From: Pseudomonadota bacterium
GTDB taxonomy: Bacteria; Pseudomonadota; Alphaproteobacteria; Paracaedibacterales; CAIOTO01
Length of the DNA stretch: 64,000 bases
NCBI GenBank assembly: GCA_040387495.1
Contig: JAZKDQ010000010.1
Span: 1 to 64,000, forward strand
Direction of reading: 5' to 3'
Shown: positions 62,218 through 64,000 of the stretch, piece after piece
Position numbering within the stretch: the first letter of the stretch is position 1
Layout: every line of letters begins with the position of its first letter
Program-made: the position numbers and the translations under genes
The notes under the pieces: generated by a model
What the model saw: the letters and a program-made list of their open reading frames with translations, nothing else
Database searches by the model: none
What the model was told of the DNA's origin: nothing

Positions 62218-62576
62218 TTATTTAGAACTATCCATTAATATTGCTTCAATTTCATCATGGCCTAATCGTGTTACCTGAGCCCTTGCAGCGTAGCCGAAAA
62301 TATCTTTTTTGCGTGCGTCTGCGCTTGCTTTAATCAAGCTAATCGCAATATTTTTATATCCTTTAATAGCCAGCCACCATCAACGCAGTGAGGCTCATAT
62401 GAATTAACTCTGGGTCATCTTATGTGTGTTTCATTAGAGCTCACTCTAAGCCTTACATTAGCGTTAACTGGTGCATTTAGAACTAAACCTGAGTTGCAAT
62501 TGTTATGTTTTTCTAGCACAGGAAATAATAAATCCATTTTGTTGGGTGGTTTCGGTTTATATAATTCTATCTTCAT
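62218..62576 (-). pseudogene. Frameshifted ankyrin-repeat protein remnant
   Basis: Manual translation: ..LTALMVA/(+1)/AIKGYKNIAISLIKASADARKKDIFGYAARAQVTRLGHDEIEAILMDSSK*; upstream fragment from ATG 62576 contains DLLFPVLEKHN..VLNAPVNANVR. Confidence 0.7.
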
Positions 62577-62867
62577 CTTATTTATCTATTCATGCCGGTG
62601 GTTTTATAGGCTATTGCCCGTTGATTATTTGAAATTAAGTTAAACTCATACCTGCTAATAGTAGGGCAATTCCACTAGTTGTTAATCTGCGTAGAAATTA
62701 CCTAGATGATTGCATGTTTATGCCATATGAAAATGAGGCTAATATTCAATTTTGATTTAATTTAAAATTATGTCATCTTTCGCTATGCAGTATTAAATAG
62801 TTTGCTCACTTTAAAGTTTATAGCAAGACGTATATATAAAGGTGGCATCATAATAAGCGTTAGAAAA

Positions 62868-64000
62868 TTGCAAAATCTGAATTCTAATCATTTGGCTGCA
62901 ATAAAAGGCAAAAGATTTACACGCCCAGAAATTGATATTATTGCATGTTTGTTATGCGGGCGTGCTGCTATGATTCCTTCTCTTTTATCAATTTCTTCAC
63001 GTACGTTTGAAACGTATATACATAATATCATGCTTAAAATTGAATGTGATTCGTATGAGGGGATTGTTGATTTTATTGAACAATCAGGCAAGGTGTTGTT
63101 TACAAAAGCACATTATCAAAAACTTGTTGTCAATGTCTTGTTTGAAAGATGTTTAAAATCCATTGCAAATTTCACGCGAGAGCAATCGGGTATATGTACA
63201 ATCTGGTATGAACCAAATGCATCTATACACCACATGGATATTATTCATAAATTAATAAAACATATTAAGATGGCTGGCATTGAAACAATATTAAAGAGAA
63301 AAAGTGAGGATGAATTTAGGCATTTTGGTTCGACCGCAGTTCAAGCGAACAATGAATTAAACCAGTACTCACTCACGGTGCTAAGCAAAGAAGAACATCA
63401 ATCATTGTATCTAATAGATAATCTGGAAATTAGTGAGCAAGAAGAATATGCCTCAGAGGATTCTATTTTCATTCGCTTGGATAGCCTAATCAATGATGTA
63501 CCCATGCAAAATCTAAAGACACATAAGACTAATGTTTATGCTTTGTCTGTTTATTATCAAGGCGTTTTTGGAATTTTGAGAATGATATATTCCAACGAAA
63601 ACTTTGAGGCGCAAATTAGTGAGTTTCATGTACAGTATGCGTCTTTATTACGCAACGACCTAAAACCTGTAAGTAATTATGAATCATATAAAAAGTTGAA
63701 AATCAAAAAAATGAGAAGTCAATCTAGCTACGTTAAAAACCACTCGATAAAATCAAAAACATATGCATTCTTACGACACAAAAGTGTTCAGGCAGTTTTT
63801 TTTGCTATTACCTTTTTTGGGATGTTATTTTTATTTTCTGGCTATAAGGGTGATGATGCAGAGAATGGAGAATATAATAATAAGTATATACGTTCAAATC
63901 TACGCATACCTGCGGAGTCAGTGTTCTTAGGCAGACCAACGCTTGTAAGAAGGATAAAAGAGCATTTTTCACAACATATAAATAGTAAGCCAATAATTAC
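62868..64000 (+). CDS. LuxR-type HTH protein with a TM segment and the probable start of an NB-ARC/STAND NTPase (partial, runs off the window)
   Basis: Frame open from 62766 to the window end; FTRPEIDIIACLLCGR..LSISSRTFETYIHNIMLKIEC; VQAVFFAITFFGMLFLFSG; IRSNLRIPAESVFLGRPTLVRRIKEHF; start codon uncertain (TTG 62868). Confidence 0.8.
   Translation, partial: MQNLNSNHLAAIKGKRFTRPEIDIIACLLCGRAAMIPSLLSISSRTFETYIHNIMLKIECDSYEGIVDFIEQSGKVLFTKAHYQKLVVNVLFERCLKSIANFTREQSGICTIWYEPNASIHHMDIIHKLIKHIKMAGIETILKRKSEDEFRHFGSTAVQANNELNQYSLTVLSKEEHQSLYLIDNLEISEQEEYASEDSIFIRLDSLINDVPMQNLKTHKTNVYALSVYYQGVFGILRMIYSNENFEAQISEFHVQYASLLRNDLKPVSNYESYKKLKIKKMRSQSSYVKNHSIKSKTYAFLRHKSVQAVFFAITFFGMLFLFSGYKGDDAENGEYNNKYIRSNLRIPAESVFLGRPTLVRRIKEHFSQHINSKPII

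Noticed and set aside
62422..62643. 73-aa plus-strand ORF
   Set aside because: No motif; the opposite strand is better explained as an ankyrin pseudogene
62888..63993. Short minus-strand ORFs at the window end
   Set aside because: Shadows of the long plus-strand LuxR-HTH reading frame

Overview
Gene-dense bacterial chromosome segment. Gene content and protein style (EVE-fdxA-carD, alpha/beta GlyRS, RNase J, ProP-like MFS paralogues, GTCAT...ATGAC palindromic repeats, many AT-rich orphans with signal peptides) suggest a host-associated alphaproteobacterium, most plausibly Holosporales-like; this is inference, not a database result. The first ~44 kb is housekeeping genes (ald, atpD, rimM, truB, rpsO, tsaB, glyQ/glyS, rlmB, rnj), many detached from their usual operons. 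They are interleaved with about 9 putative secreted or effector-like proteins, a SNF2+SWIM pair, a barrel-less autotransporter-type adhesin and two families of short palindromic repeats. The last ~20 kb is an expanded signalling/transport block: three tandem cytoplasmic PAS-PAS histidine kinases, an XRE-HTH/Rcp1-type receiver fusion, a divergent HAD phosphatase followed by six tandem MFS transporters, a frameshifted ankyrin pseudogene, and a LuxR-HTH/TM/probable STAND-NTPase gene that the ORF track missed because it runs off the window end. Other highlights are a secreted protein with a HicA-like C-terminus, a GlyS lacking its C-terminal anticodon-binding domain, and a secreted histone-H1-like protein behind a CtrA-type box. 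No tRNA, rRNA, CRISPR array or transposase was recognised.
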